NCBI GenBank assembly: GCA_036785375.1
Contig: JAWMAR010000061.1
Span: 3,162,001-3,226,000 of the forward strand
Direction of reading: 5' to 3'
DNA: 64,000 bases
Source: Leucoraja ocellata
Lineage: Eukaryota
The translations under genes and the position numbers were made by a program. This document shows positions 13,776 through 26,519 of the stretch, piece after piece. The notes beneath the pieces were generated by a model. That model did not search any database, had not been told where the DNA came from, and saw only the letters and a list, made by a program, of their open reading frames with translations. Each line of letters opens with the position of its first letter. The first letter of the stretch is position 1.

Positions 13776-16700
13776 AGTTTACACTTAAGTGAATCAATAT
13801 TCCACAAAGCCTCATTTGCAATGTGATCATATTCTGGTCTGCACTGAAAGCTAAATTAAAATGAATTGTAAATGATTCTCTATTCAATCAAAGTTTAGTC
13901 AACGCCAATTAACAATAATAACAGTAATAATTAAAAGGATATTTCAAATAATGAATTGCATGTCAGAAAATATATTAAACTGTTTGAAAAATACTTTGCA
14001 TTTGGATAAATGGCATTTATACCTAAATCACTACTCAGACTATTTGTCAAACCATTTTAAAAAAGCTAATTAAAATTGATTTTTACAGAGCTAAATATTA
14101 TACACAGTGAGCTGCAGCATCAGAAGAATGATGTTAAGGGTGCCATGGTTACCACAATGGAAGGTTTATATAGATGAATATATGATTTCTGTGTCCTCAA
14201 TACCAAATCCCAGATTAAGGAAACATTGCATCAAGATCATTAATAGTCATAAATATTTCATAGGTTCTGGATCTGATTGATAGTTTTATGTAGAACTCAC
14301 AATCACAAGTTTGGAAAATGACAACGAGAGCTGACATTCTGTGCAGTAAGTCCACAGACGTCTTCTTTATCCTTGAACCGGGAAATTTATGATTCAAGTT
14401 TTCAAAACCTATGCAATACACTAGTGAGCAAGTGATGCAGGTTTTCAATGAGTCGATAATCTGCATGCTCATTTATTTAATGCCTAGATAAAGGAGGTAC
14501 ATCATATCATAACACCATTTTTTGCAGTCAAACTCCTTAATGGAGAGTAATTATTGACCCGAGCCATTAAGTCAACTAGACCAAGTCAAAATAAATAAAA
14601 TTAATCTAGGTCGTCGATTTGCAAGTGCCATAAAAGATTATCTTCTTACATTTGCATATTTCTCTTTCCAGAAATAACATGCACTTTAAATTTTTAACAA
14701 GGAGTACATTATTTCTTGCATATTCTGTAATTTTGACATTTCCAATTAAAATCAAGATAGAAACACATTGCACGCATTCATACTATAACGTTACCATTAA
14801 ATAATTCTATCAATAAAGAAAATCTCAAAATAGACTTCTCTCAGATTAAATCTCTCAGGTTTAAATTTTAATTAAAAATTCTACTTTTCCCTGATGTCAG
14901 ACCCCATGGGTGTATTAGTGTAATTCTGTAATGGAGGGCAGATACATTTCCTGTAACATGCCTATAGATAGGTCACTTAGCCAAAAGCCCTCAATTGTCA
15001 GGAAGTGCTTCACATATCAAGTACTTTTCAGGAAATAGACTTGAATAAATATTAGATGTAATCAATAAGGGCATGAGTCTTTTAAGCCTTTAAAGTACAT
15101 CGGATGGGATCTATATGCACCAGAAATGTTCCAAAATATAATTTTGGCAAATGTGATGGCCTAACCAATGAATGGAAAGGTTTTCTGCTGGAGAGTCCAA
15201 TAACAAGAATAAAATCATTACAAATCCCTTAGTGGAACAATTGAAGAGTTCAACTGAAGATGTTGAAATTCCAATGAAAGGATTTTAATTGGTACAGTCA
15301 TGGATTTCTCCATTATTCAGGTAAGGACATTTCAGGGCAGTGCAGAAAGCATCAATGGTACAATCCAGTCTCCCCAGAAGCACTGGTATGTTTGAATTAG
15401 ACCAAAACAAGAACAAGATCTAATTTATTCTAGGTGGCTGCCCGACAGATAGCTTTTATTCAGTAACAACCAACTAATCTATCGGTTTTATCTTTTATCA
15501 TATTTCCAGCCTTGAAATGACCCAACAGAAATCAATTTTCAAGCCTACTTCGCAAATCTCGGTTATGGATTTGGTAAAGATGTGATAATCGCAGTAAAGT
15601 CGAAGGTTAGCAATAATTCACTTTCACTTCTGCTTTCAACAGTGGAACTGCATTAGTTTCCCTTACGTTCACTAAATGACAGATGAAATCATTTGTTTCC
15701 ATTCCGACTGTCCAGAAACATATGGAATGACATAAAATGAACCATGATCAAGATAATTCTATTCTGGACAACTCAGAGGATGACATTTTTTTGGATAAAG
15801 GATCACATAAACAAACAGGAAATCAATCAAAATTTCATAAATGCTCTGCAGGAATGCTCTGCACTCATGTAATGATTACAAAAAGATAACCTCATATCTT
15901 TAATTTAAAGATTTTGTTTCACCTTGTGAGCTGACAGTGCACCAGATTTTTCAAAAATATCCTGACAAAGGTTACATAGTTTATTCAGCACATTTTTTAT
16001 GCTTTGTACTTTAGACATGACTACAAATAAAAATAGAGAATGTGATAAGTAGTGCAAATAGACTTTTGGTCAGCTGATTACCTTTGTCTTAAATTAATCT
16101 ACAAACCTTTGAGCCGGATCTAAATGACATAATCATACTCAGACTCACAGTGACTTACTTTTTATTCAGTGGTCTTCACAGCTAAACATTTTTAAAGGTA
16201 AGAGAACAGCAACAAATTCAAAAACAGACACAATATAAATAAAACTTTGCAGTATTGCATAGAAACAAGTGCAAATGTATTAAAATTTTAATGCATACAT
16301 TATAAATGGCTCAAAGCTCTTGTACAGAAAATATAAAAGCTCAATGCACATGTACAATGCATACTGTCCATTCTCATTCATGATACCCATCATTTGTTCC
16401 ATCACTGACCTCACAACTCAAATAACCCCGATCTACAATTCATTTCGCAAAGCACAGCAAAATATAAATGGTCAAAGTACTATTCAGTTAAGAATATGAT
16501 GTCAAAACTGCAAGATCAGAGCCAACTCCTTCAATATTTTAAAGACTAGATTCTTGACTACAGCAATTTCTCAAAAATCAGGAAAAACTTTTGATAACAT
16601 CGAAAATCAGCAGGAACAAAAAATGCTGATCGGTGACAATTGAGAGCAGTAACTAAAGTGGCAATGTTTAAACTCTCAATTTAAATCTGAAGCAAAGATA

Positions 16701-17972
16701 CAACAAATATTATGAACATACCTTCCACAATCCGTGTCCTGCGTTGCTCAGTACAATGCACAAATAAAGTGCTCTGTGTAATGGAAGCAGGAGATTCTCC
16801 CCAGTGATTCCAAGACCCATTAAGCTTCACTCAGATGATGGATTTAATCGGTTAAGATTTTAAAAATCTAAAGTCTGATTTCCTATGATTCCCTCTTAAT
16901 CCCAATCACAGTTTTAAATGTTCTTATTAGTTTGTAAACTTTTGAGGTGGTTTGAAAATTCCACTTTCAAAATATATTTTCTCATCGATCCAAGGAGACC
17001 TTCCAATGATAGAAAAGCTTTTAAAATAAGCCGTTTTCATTAAATATTCAACAGTCGAAATTAAAGTAATAAGCATTAAAAACATGTCCATCTTTACTGC
17101 CTGACAAATCGTTGCAATTTTATTTCCCTTTGTAAATATTCATCCGATTCAGGTGATTTATTTTATTCCAATAATAACAAAAGTATTAGCTGGGCAACCA
17201 ATATGTTTACGTAAATATGCTAATATAGATAACGTATCGGGCAGTTTACAGATACTAATAATCAAAGCAATCAGATTGTCTGTTGAAATGCCAACTGGGA
17301 TCAGATTTGAAATTCAGAAGATAATATGGACGAGATATATATTTACTTTTGCTTCTGACGTCATCACATCAACTATCGCTCATCAGTTTGCACAATTTAA
17401 TCGAGTCATACAGAGTGGAAATATGCCACTCGGCCCACCATGTCTGTGCCAGCTCGTGAGCACCGAACCGTATTAATCCCATCTTTCAGCACTTAGCCCA
17501 CAGCCTTCTACGCCGGGATGATTGACATGCTTGAATAAACATTTGTTAAATAAAGTTAAATTGCTGTAAAATTTCATTCAAGTATGACCATTCAAATGTA
17601 TAGATTTCCAGTGTGCATTTGAAAATGAAATCTTCCAAATTCTATTCAACCCTTATTAATATTTGTCCTAGAATTGAAGGAATCACAAAATAATAATTAT
17701 TTTCTTCTAATCCACTGCCAAAGGAAACTAAGAATACAACAGATAACGCACAAGAACTGAAGCTTCCAAGCACCACTTGAATAAATTCAGAAACTAAACA
17801 ACAGCCTTTGTAACCATCAGCAATGTTTCACCCACACATTTTAGCAGCCAAAAAAAAAAATTTGGAACGGCATTAGAAACAGTAAACACGTATCCATGTA
17901 CAGCTAACGTAATTAATTCAGCATGACCTATCTCTACTGAATTGCATCAAACAGTTGAGAGTGTACATTACT

Positions 17973-18250
17973 GGGTGGCACAGTGGTGCAGCCACCAGAG
18001 TTGTCATCTCACTGCTCTAGTATTCAGTATTGAAGCATTACTTCTGTGTACTCATTCTCCATGTGACCACCAGGTGCTCTCGTTTTCGCCCACATTCCCA
18101 AAATGTGCCAGATTGTAGGTGAATTGGCCACTGTATAAATGAATGGTAGAACTTGGAATGAGTTGCTTGGAATGTGTGGTAGAATAAAATGGTCGGTGTG
18201 GACCTGATTATCCATGACTAACTCTCTGCTGTTTATGCTGTACTGAATCA
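17973..18250 (+). mobile_element. Degenerate V-SINE (HE1-like)
   Basis: ggcacagtggtgcagc tRNA-like head plus ttctccatgtgacc...cccacattcccaaa core. Confidence 0.6.
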
Positions 18251-18274
18251 AAATCAGGAAACAAGGACCTAAGG

Positions 18275-18827
18275 ACCTCCATCCAAGGACCAAAGCAGTC
18301 TTTTCAGGTGCGGCAGAGGTTCATCTGCACCTCCATCAACCTCATCTATTGCATCCGCTGCCATAGATGTCAGCTGCTCTACATCCGTGAAACCAAGCGT
18401 AGGCTTGGCAATCGCTTCGCCCAACACCTCCACTCAGTTCGCAATAACCAACCTGATCTCCCGGTGGCCCAGCACTTCAACTCCCCCTCCCATTCCGAAT
18501 CCGACCTTTCTGTCCTGGACCTCCTCCATGACCAGAGTGAGTCCCACCGTACATTGGAGGAGCAGCACCTCATATTTCACTTGGGTAGTTTACACCTGAG
18601 TGGTATAAACATTGACCTCCAATTTCAGGTAGTCCTTGCTTTCACCCTCTTTCCCCTCCCCTTCCCAGCTCTCCCACAGCCTCTGCCTCTTCCTTTCTTC
18701 TTCCCCACACACCTCCCCTCCCCATCCCCTCATCAGTCTGAAGGGTCTCGACCCGAAACATCACCCATTACTTTGCTCCATAGATGCTGCCTCACCCGCT
18801 GAGTTTCTCCAGCATTTTTGTCTACCT
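18275..18827 (+). mobile_element. Penelope-like element 3' fragment encoding GIY-YIG endonuclease remnant
   Basis: ORF 18308-18802: NLIYCIRCHRCQLLYIRETKRRLGNRFAQH...VAQHFNSPSH...EQHLIFHLGSLHLSGIN, the PLE GIY-YIG domain with CxxC. Followed by the terminal repeat. Confidence 0.92.
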
Positions 18828-18870
18828 AAGATTAATTCTACAATATTTTTGAAAGAAAAAATCTGTTTTT

Positions 18871-19150
18871 GCAGCATGGATGTGCAACAGCAGAGTTGCT
18901 GCCTTACAGCACTCAAGATCCGGGTTTGATCATAACTATGGGTTCTGTCTGTACAGAGTTTGTACATTCTCCCCATGACCGTGTGGGTTTCCTCCAAGTG
19001 CTTCAGTTTTCTCCCACAATCCAAAAATGTGCAGGTTTGTAGGTTAATTAGTATGTAGGATAGAATTGGTGTACAGGTAATCATTGATCGGTGCGGACTC
19101 AGTGGGCCGAAAGGCCCGCTTCCATACTGCATTTTTAATCTCTAAATCTA
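18871..19150 (+). mobile_element. V-SINE (HE1-like, tRNA-derived)
   Basis: A/B-box-like head, V-domain text gagtttgtacattctccccatgacc...ctcccac, CR1-derived tail gtgggccgaaaggcc. Confidence 0.85.
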
Positions 19151-20184
19151 GCATCACTCGGCTGCCAATTGCTAAGGATAGCATTAGCTAAAAGGATAGC
19201 ATCAATGTCTCAATATACAACACTTTGTCTGACGTGAAGCTGTTTTGCAACGATACGCTTAGGTATATAGAATATGTTAAACCGCAACATAAATTTAAAT
19301 CCAATTTATTGGATTTAAGCTTAAGCTTCCAATCTTTTTTTATGCTTATTAAGTCAAGATGTAATAACCTGATCTTTGCACCTTAATTAACCCAGATTAC
19401 ACCTCTTCTAATTAAGATCAGTGACTAGGAATGGAGCTATTCAGGAAGTACATTGCAGAAAACAATACAAAGGTCCCCCCCAGCCAAAGGATTTTTAGTG
19501 GGTGTTAATCTGAAGTTTAAAACTGCTAACTTTCAATTTGGATATGCAAATTCCTATAATTAGGTACCACGGAAGAAAATACAAACCGATATGCTGAAAG
19601 TATGGTTTTTCTATTTGTGATACAATTTTGTTATGCCAAAGTCGTTTGGTCTTAATTTATCCTTTGTGCTTCCAAGCAGATGTGAGAGCAGAAACTGATA
19701 CATTGCTTGCATTTGAAGGAGGAATATGCTGCACTTTCAACCAGCTGCAGAAGATGGAAACTTATAAAATTATAATTGAAGAAGTTGTTGCTATGGTGAT
19801 ATCAATCCCGATGGTGGAAAGTTAATTCATGAAGTGGGCACAACAATGATATACAAGCAGGCCATTACGAAATGCTACATAATGAGTCTTGGTGAGTTAC
19901 TGCAGTGCATCGTGTAGATGGTGCACACTGTTGTTACAGCGAGTCAGTGCTGAAATGAGTGAATGATTGTGGATAGACTAATATGTTCAGTATGGTAATG
20001 CGTCTTGAGTTTTGTGGAAGCTCCACTCATTCAGGAAAGTGGAGCTTATTCCATCATATACACGTCTTGAGCCTTGAAGATGGTGGATAGTCTTTGATAT
20101 TTAGGGGGCGAGTTACTGGGATTCTGAGCCTCTGAGCTGCTCTTGTAGCCATATTGTGTTTATGGCTGCTACAGTTCAATTGGA

Positions 20185-20660
20185 GGAAGGACATCCTTGT
20201 GATTGAGGCAGTGCAGCGTAAGTTCACTGGGATGGCGGGACTGTCATACGAGGAAAGATTGAAAAGACTAGGCTTGTATTCACTGGAGTTTAGAAGGATG
20301 AGGGGGATCTTAAAGAAACATATAAAATTATAAAAGGGTGTTCCCAATGTTGGGCGAGTCCAGAACCGGGGGCCACAGTCTTAAAATAAAGGGGAGGTCA
20401 TTTATGACTGAGGTGAGAAAAAACGTTTTCACCAAGAGAGTTATGAATTTATGGAATTCCCTGCCACAGAGGGCAGTGGAGGCCAAGTTACTGGATGGAT
20501 TTAAGAGTTAGATAGAGCTCTCGGGGCTAGTGGAGTCAAGGGATATGCGGAGAAGGCAGGCACGGGTTATTGATAGGGGGCGATCAGCCATGATCACAAT
20601 GAATGGTGGTGCTGGCTTGAAGGCACCATGGCCTCCTCCTGCACCTATTTTCTATGTTTC
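20185..20660 (+). mobile_element. CR1 LINE 3' fragment
   Basis: EAVQRKFT..., SYEERLKRLGLYSLEFRRMRGDLKETYKI; ends in ttctatgtttct tail. Confidence 0.9.
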
Positions 20661-20959
20661 TGCAGAATGCATAAGGAAGCTCAAAACAGGAGATAGCGAT
20701 GGCAGAAAAGTGAAATATTAAATCCGTGGCTGTTGCAAAACAATTCACCATGGCAACAATACCCCTGTAAAACAGATTGTACCTACTTTTCAAATCAATA
20801 ATCAAAACACTGCCTGTGCATTCCCACCTTTAGGCTTATTATGTATGGTTACCTAATTCAAGTGCACCAATTTCCTGTAGAATCTCTTCAAATATCTTTA
20901 GCAAATTATTATTCCTTACATGTTCCCTTACATGTTTTTCCTCTACCTGCTAAATTTTT

Positions 20960-21020
20960 GTAAGGTGTCCTTGAGACTATTGAAAGGCACCCATAAATAA
21001 AATTTATTATTATTATTATT
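20960..21020 (+). mobile_element. L2-type 3' tail
   Basis: gtaaggtgtccttgag...gaaaggcacccataaataaa followed by (ATT)n. Confidence 0.65.
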
Positions 21021-21431
21021 TCTCTAATATTTGTTTAGCACACAACAAAATAAAAATATTTTATATTTGGTGTAGCAAATATGTTGCAATCAATACAAGA
21101 GATTCACTTATAGCTCAGGCCGCAATACATCAAAATACAGTGAGAGGCTCAGCATGTTCATCGATCATTGAATTTATATCTACCTATGCATCTTAAAGGG
21201 GGGATTTAAGTTATGCCCCCTGATGAGTCTTCAAAAGGCCTACCCTTTTTCTCTCAATCCTGACTTTAATATAACAGTTTGAATAGACAATCAGCACCTT
21301 GGTTTACTGATGTTGAAAGTAAGGTAGTTGTTCTGGCAACATTCAATCAGACGACCTATCTCCCTCCAATGCTCCCACTCATCAGAGGAGTGGCAAACCA
21401 AATAGCACCGATCCCCATCAAAAACAGCATC

Positions 21432-21724
21432 CCACCCCACAGATGGGTGGGGAGGGATGCGAGGCAGGTATATCACCATCTTTTGTTTTTCTTTCTGTTT
21501 TTGTCTTTTTTATTTCTCTGCGTCTTCCTTATTTCTTTTACTTACTCACTCTTTGGCAACACCACTTTGGTAGTCTAGGGGTTCTGTCTTTGCACATTCC
21601 ACTTTTCCTCTCTCTTGCTTTTTCTTTTCTCTCAACTATAGCTAAAATCAAAATTGAAGCTGCACAATAACTATTATGTCATATGCCGCTGGTTATATTT
21701 TTGTACACTTGCTTGTAATAAAAT
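21432..21724 (+). mobile_element. 5'-truncated L1/Tx1-type retroposed 3' end
   Basis: Perfect 12-bp TSD aaaaacagcatc (21420-21431, 21725-21736), AATAAA at the 3' end, T-rich body. Confidence 0.7.
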
Positions 21725-21843
21725 AAAAACAGCATCATTCAAGATAATCAATGATAACTAGGAACGGGGAGTGGGAACTTCCCAAATATTTTTTCAATCT
21801 ACTTATATGGTAAAACCCAAGAGATATCACAATGATATAAAGA

Positions 21844-21998
21844 ACTAGACCAACTGGGACCCAACCCCATCACACGGGAAGCCTGGTCCCCCAATGCAAT
21901 ATTGCACCACTCACCCATAGCCTCCACGGGAGGAATGGAACCCCCAACGCAACCCGTTCCCCCAGGGCAATATTCCACCACTCACCCGTTTCCCAAAC
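21844..21998 (-). mobile_element. Helitron-like 3' terminal fragment with internal tandem repeats
   Basis: actagaccaactgggaccc resembles the terminus at 60814-60843. Repeated gcaatatt(g/c)caccactcaccc. Confidence 0.55.
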
Positions 21999-22084
21999 AG
22001 GAGGGAAATATGTATCAAAAGATAAGTTTAAAATGGCATTACATGTTTCATATAAATCTTTCAGGCAAATGTTTCTATACTTAC

Positions 22085-22139
22085 ACTAATCTTCTATCTG
22101 GAACAAGATGACTTCTTGTAAATATCTCAGATAAGGCAT
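22085..22139 (-). other. Candidate 55-nt internal exon (possibly 5'UTR) of the minus-strand gene
   Basis: Acceptor ctgtactttcattccgcag and donor AGT|gtaagt. No recognisable protein. Confidence 0.3.
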
Positions 22140-23499
22140 CTGCGGAATGAAAGTACAGTCCTGAGTAAATAAAGGATGTCACCCAATTATTTAAATTATT
22201 GCGAGGATAATTAAGTAAATACAATAGTACATTTCTAAAGAAAATTAGTTGCACTAGGTCATTAAAATGAAAAATGAGTGCAGAATGGGCACATAAAGAT
22301 CTTCAGATTACAGGTTCAACCTCTAATTTAAAATTAACTTGATTCCACCAAACCAGTGGAAGGGAGCACAGAGATAAGGGGTAATATAAGACTTCAAGCT
22401 TGCTCCTTCATTCAAACAGGATTGTAACTAATTCTATACCTCATCTTCCTTCTTTCCAATTTTCATTTCGTCTCATGCTCCTGGTGCCTCAGCTTTAACC
22501 TAACCATTGACCAAGATTACAGTGGTGTAGAATTGAAACATTTTCAAAAGGAATTTCTCATCATCCAGATCAAACAGCCAGACACTTTATGTTACTGTAT
22601 CCCGAGTTCTATGAATGTTCAGTTTCACCTCAATGTTCCGTGGGCAGGACAGGAGTGATACTCCCTTTAAATAATTTGTGACACTATATTTCTGAAGGTA
22701 ATCCCAGCATATACATGTAAATCAGGTGACCAAAGACTTAAGTAGATGTATAGACCATATGGCCAAAGACTTCAGTAGATGTAAAATTAAATCTCTCAAA
22801 TATATAAACGCCAAAATTTAAGATGCATGATCTTAAGCTGAAAAAGGAGCTATAATTTAGAAGACCAATTAACATTGTGGTTAAATATTTCGGAATTGAA
22901 TTTGTGATACAAATAATTTATTAAACATGGAAAACTAATTTTATTTGAAAATGTTATAAATGTAATGCTTTATCTGGAGATAGTTAAAATCCAATTAAAA
23001 AACTCACCAACATGACATGATTTTACACATTTAAAGTCATATTCATGCTTTTAATTCTGTCAATGCACAAATTTTAACACGTGAATTTTTATTCTACATT
23101 ACTCCGAGTCTAGATATTAAAATAATTAAAATGTTAAACTAAAGTGAACAGAGCACGTCTGTGCAAGACCACCAGATGTGCAGAATCTCTTTCACAATTC
23201 AACAGTTAACAAATGATCTGAAAAACTATGCAAGCATCTGAAAATCTGAGGGACTAACTGGATTATCAGTTATTCATTTGACTAATCCAGTGGATTTCCT
23301 CACATAAAGCAACAGTACGAGGGAAAGAAAGGCATACTTTAAGCCAATGGTGCCAAGCATTCTCATGTTCATAAATCATGTTGCTACGTTTAAAAAAAAA
23401 GTTCAATCCATCATGTTGCATAAACTCACACACAAATCCAGCGACATCATCGGTATAGCAAAACTCAAAGTTACAGGAAACCAGTTTCTCCATCAGAAG

Positions 23500-23743
23500 T
23501 TTTCTGGGCCTCCTCCATGGCCAGAGTGAGGACCTCCGTAAATTGGAGGAGCAGCATCTCATATTTCGCTTGGGCAGTTTGCACCCCAGAGGCATGAACA
23601 CCGATTTCTCTAATTTCAGGTAGTCCCTACTTTCTCCTCCCCTTCTCAGCTCTCCTTCAGCCTGCTGGTTCTACCTCTTCCTTTCTTCTTCCACCCCCAC
23701 TCCCCCCCCCCCCCCCCACCTCCCCCCACCCTCACATCAGTTT
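23500..23743 (+). mobile_element. PLE GIY-YIG C-terminal fragment
   Basis: LGLLHGQSEDLRKLEEQHLIFRLGSLHPRGMN, homologous to 18510-18620. Confidence 0.85.
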
Positions 23744-25489
23744 GATTCTACATTTAAGCTGAGATAAATAAGTTTTATAGGAGATCTGAAGGTTGTCTAT
23801 TTAATCAGTGTAGGTGATATCTTGAATACACCACCGAGATGATGGTGGAATTAGATACAAGTTCCTATTCTGAAAGGTATTAACACGGATACTTAAATAG
23901 GCAAGGCATAGGATATGGTTCCAATGAGATCAGTGTAGATGGGTAAAAAGTTTGGCATGGATGTGGTGGGCAGAAGGACACACTTCCATACTATACATCT
24001 CTGTGACTCGATGAATGGCCTCTTACCCCTGTTGTATGGATTAATATCATTAATATTTATGTTAACTCTGTACTACAAAGGAAACCGAGTTCCACAAATT
24101 GCAACATCCTACTGCAATAACACGTGAAACTCCAATATGCGTGGATTGCAAAACAAAATTAATCAAGCTACAAGATTGTATGGGTAGAATCGTGAGATTA
24201 TGTAGCACATCCAGTAGTTATTTTGCTCATTCTGCCGGCTCTTTGATAAAGCCATCCAATTAAAGTCAGAGTCATACAGCATGGAAACAGACCATTTGGC
24301 CCACCAACTCCATGCCAACCATCAAGTACCCGTGAGCCCAGCATATGCTGATCAGCAAACATTCAGTAATCTGACTACTCTGCTGTTTTTCAATATTCTC
24401 ATCAGTTTTCCCTTGAGAAATGTATAGTTGAATCTGTTCTCATTCCCATTTTAGAGCACAATAAACCCCTTAAACAGTTTCTTCCTCATGTCTGCTCATA
24501 CTTTGACCAACCATTAGTCTCTTCTTCTTAATGACCCTTCTCACATTTTAGTTGCATTAAGAGCATAACCGTTCCAACCTGTTTGATCCATTATACAAAA
24601 CTGCGGAGCATGAAATATCCTAGATATGACTCACACCGTTAAACATACATGGCCTCAAATGATCATTTCCTCTGGCTTGATTTATAACATCACAATATTG
24701 TCTTTATTATTCACTAAAAAATATATGCTTGTATTGGAATGTGGTCCCACGGTTGACAGCAATAGCCACCCTATTCTATAGTATCTCCCCTTCCTCTCTG
24801 GCCCAGTTCATCACATTAACTATTCATTCTTCTGCACGCTTAGACATTGATTACCAATACTCTGGTGTAATGTTAGAAGCAATCACACAGGAAATTGACC
24901 CTATTCAGGACCTTTGGACTCTCCCAAAAGTCATTAAAAAGTGATCAGCAGAACTCTCTGTGAATTATTCCTCTCTTCTTAACCAGGACCAGGAAAGTGA
25001 AAGCTCGTCATCAGAATGGCTAACTCAGAGTCCAACAATCCAAAATATATTTTATATATTGCTATGACTAGGCGTCCCACACGATACCATACAAGTCAGC
25101 ATGCAAATCAAACCAAGATTTAAATTGATTCTATAATAACCTGAAAATATTATTTTGGAAAATTGAAGGCTTCGGAGAGGGTGCAGAAGAGGTTTACCAG
25201 GATGCTGTCTGGATTAGAGGATATTAGCCACAGAGATTGGACAAACGTTGAATGACTGACATTTCAGAGAAAATAATCCATAAGGGACATGTGTAAGAGG
25301 TTGTGCAAAAAAAAAAAAAAAAAGGTCCAGCTACAGAGAAAGTGCTGATATAAAAAAAGTGCAGCGGCTGCAACAAGGTAGTTTGGCAGATCTGGATTAC
25401 ATCTTTAGCTAATGAGAGATCCACCCAGGGTCTGATAACAGCGGAAGAGAAGAAGTTCTTGAAAGTAATGGCACATGCTTTCAAGCTTT

Positions 25490-25770
25490 CTTATCTTCTG
25501 CCTGACAAGAGATGAGGGAATGACTGGAGTGTGACAGGCCCTTAATTACGTTGGCTGCTTTCCAGAGGCAGCTTGAAGCGTAGCTGAAGTTGATGGAAGA
25601 GGAGGCTGGTATGTGTGATGGACTGGGCTGCGTCCACAGCCCTCTACAATTTATTGTAGTCTTAGGCTGAGTAGTTGCCAGGTAAGTTTTAATGCATCAC
25701 AATAAGATGCTTTGTATGGTGCATCTGTAGAGATTATGTCATTGGAGACATGCTAAATTTTTTGTCTTCC
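25490..25770 (-). mobile_element. Degenerate Rex1/L2-group LINE fragment
   Basis: ttggctgctttcc..ggcagc...gtgatggactgggctg...atggtgcatctgtag. A related copy lies at 58870-59060. Confidence 0.6.
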
Positions 25771-26519
25771 AAGGCTCACCCTTATACGTTTTATATACTT
25801 TTGAGTTAACTCCCACATTCTTTCATTTTGTTATTGTTTACTACTTTATTTGTGAAAATATTGACTGGATTACACTTTCAGAAGCTTGGGACTGCTCTTG
25901 TATCTGCCCATGGAGCCATTCACGTATTAAGTTAGAGAAAACATGCTAGTATGAATAGTGAAGTACAATCATATTCTCACTGGACTTGCAATGCATGTTT
26001 CAGCAAGGGATCAATCTCAACCATCAACCATTCATTCATTCTTTGCCAGAAGCATTAAAGTCAAAATACATCTCCATCATATATTTAATTAAGCATTAAT
26101 AATAAGGAATTTAAATTTGATCATCCAATGTGCTTAGGGTCACTTGAGCATTGCTTCTGCCCAGAATTATTCAGTCTGCACAATTGAGTAAATACGTTCA
26201 CCTGGAATTTTAAGAATACTACGTACTTTTAACAAATCAATTTATTCAACATTTATTTACACGACACAAATAGATAAAGCACTAGAAGCTATAGATGAAA
26301 AATCCATAGCATGTTAACATGTCATAATAGTCTCACTGGCTACATTAGATTTTTTATTCAGCAGATACTCATTACATATTGTATTCATTCATTATCACAA
26401 TCAGTTTGTTCTTCCTGCTATAACCTTTCTCAAGAAATATTATTCATGTGTTATCTGTCACATAGACCCTCTGTTAGACTGAAAATTGTACACAACTGTT
26501 CAGATGCTATGTCATAGAG

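Noticed and set aside
15300-15326. ATG...MDFSIIQ followed by a gtaagg donor, recalling the N-terminus of a known ciliary protein
   Set aside because: Only 7 residues, with no continuing homology or further exons.
18871-18950. tRNA-like sequence
   Set aside because: It is the degenerate head of a V-SINE, not a tRNA gene.
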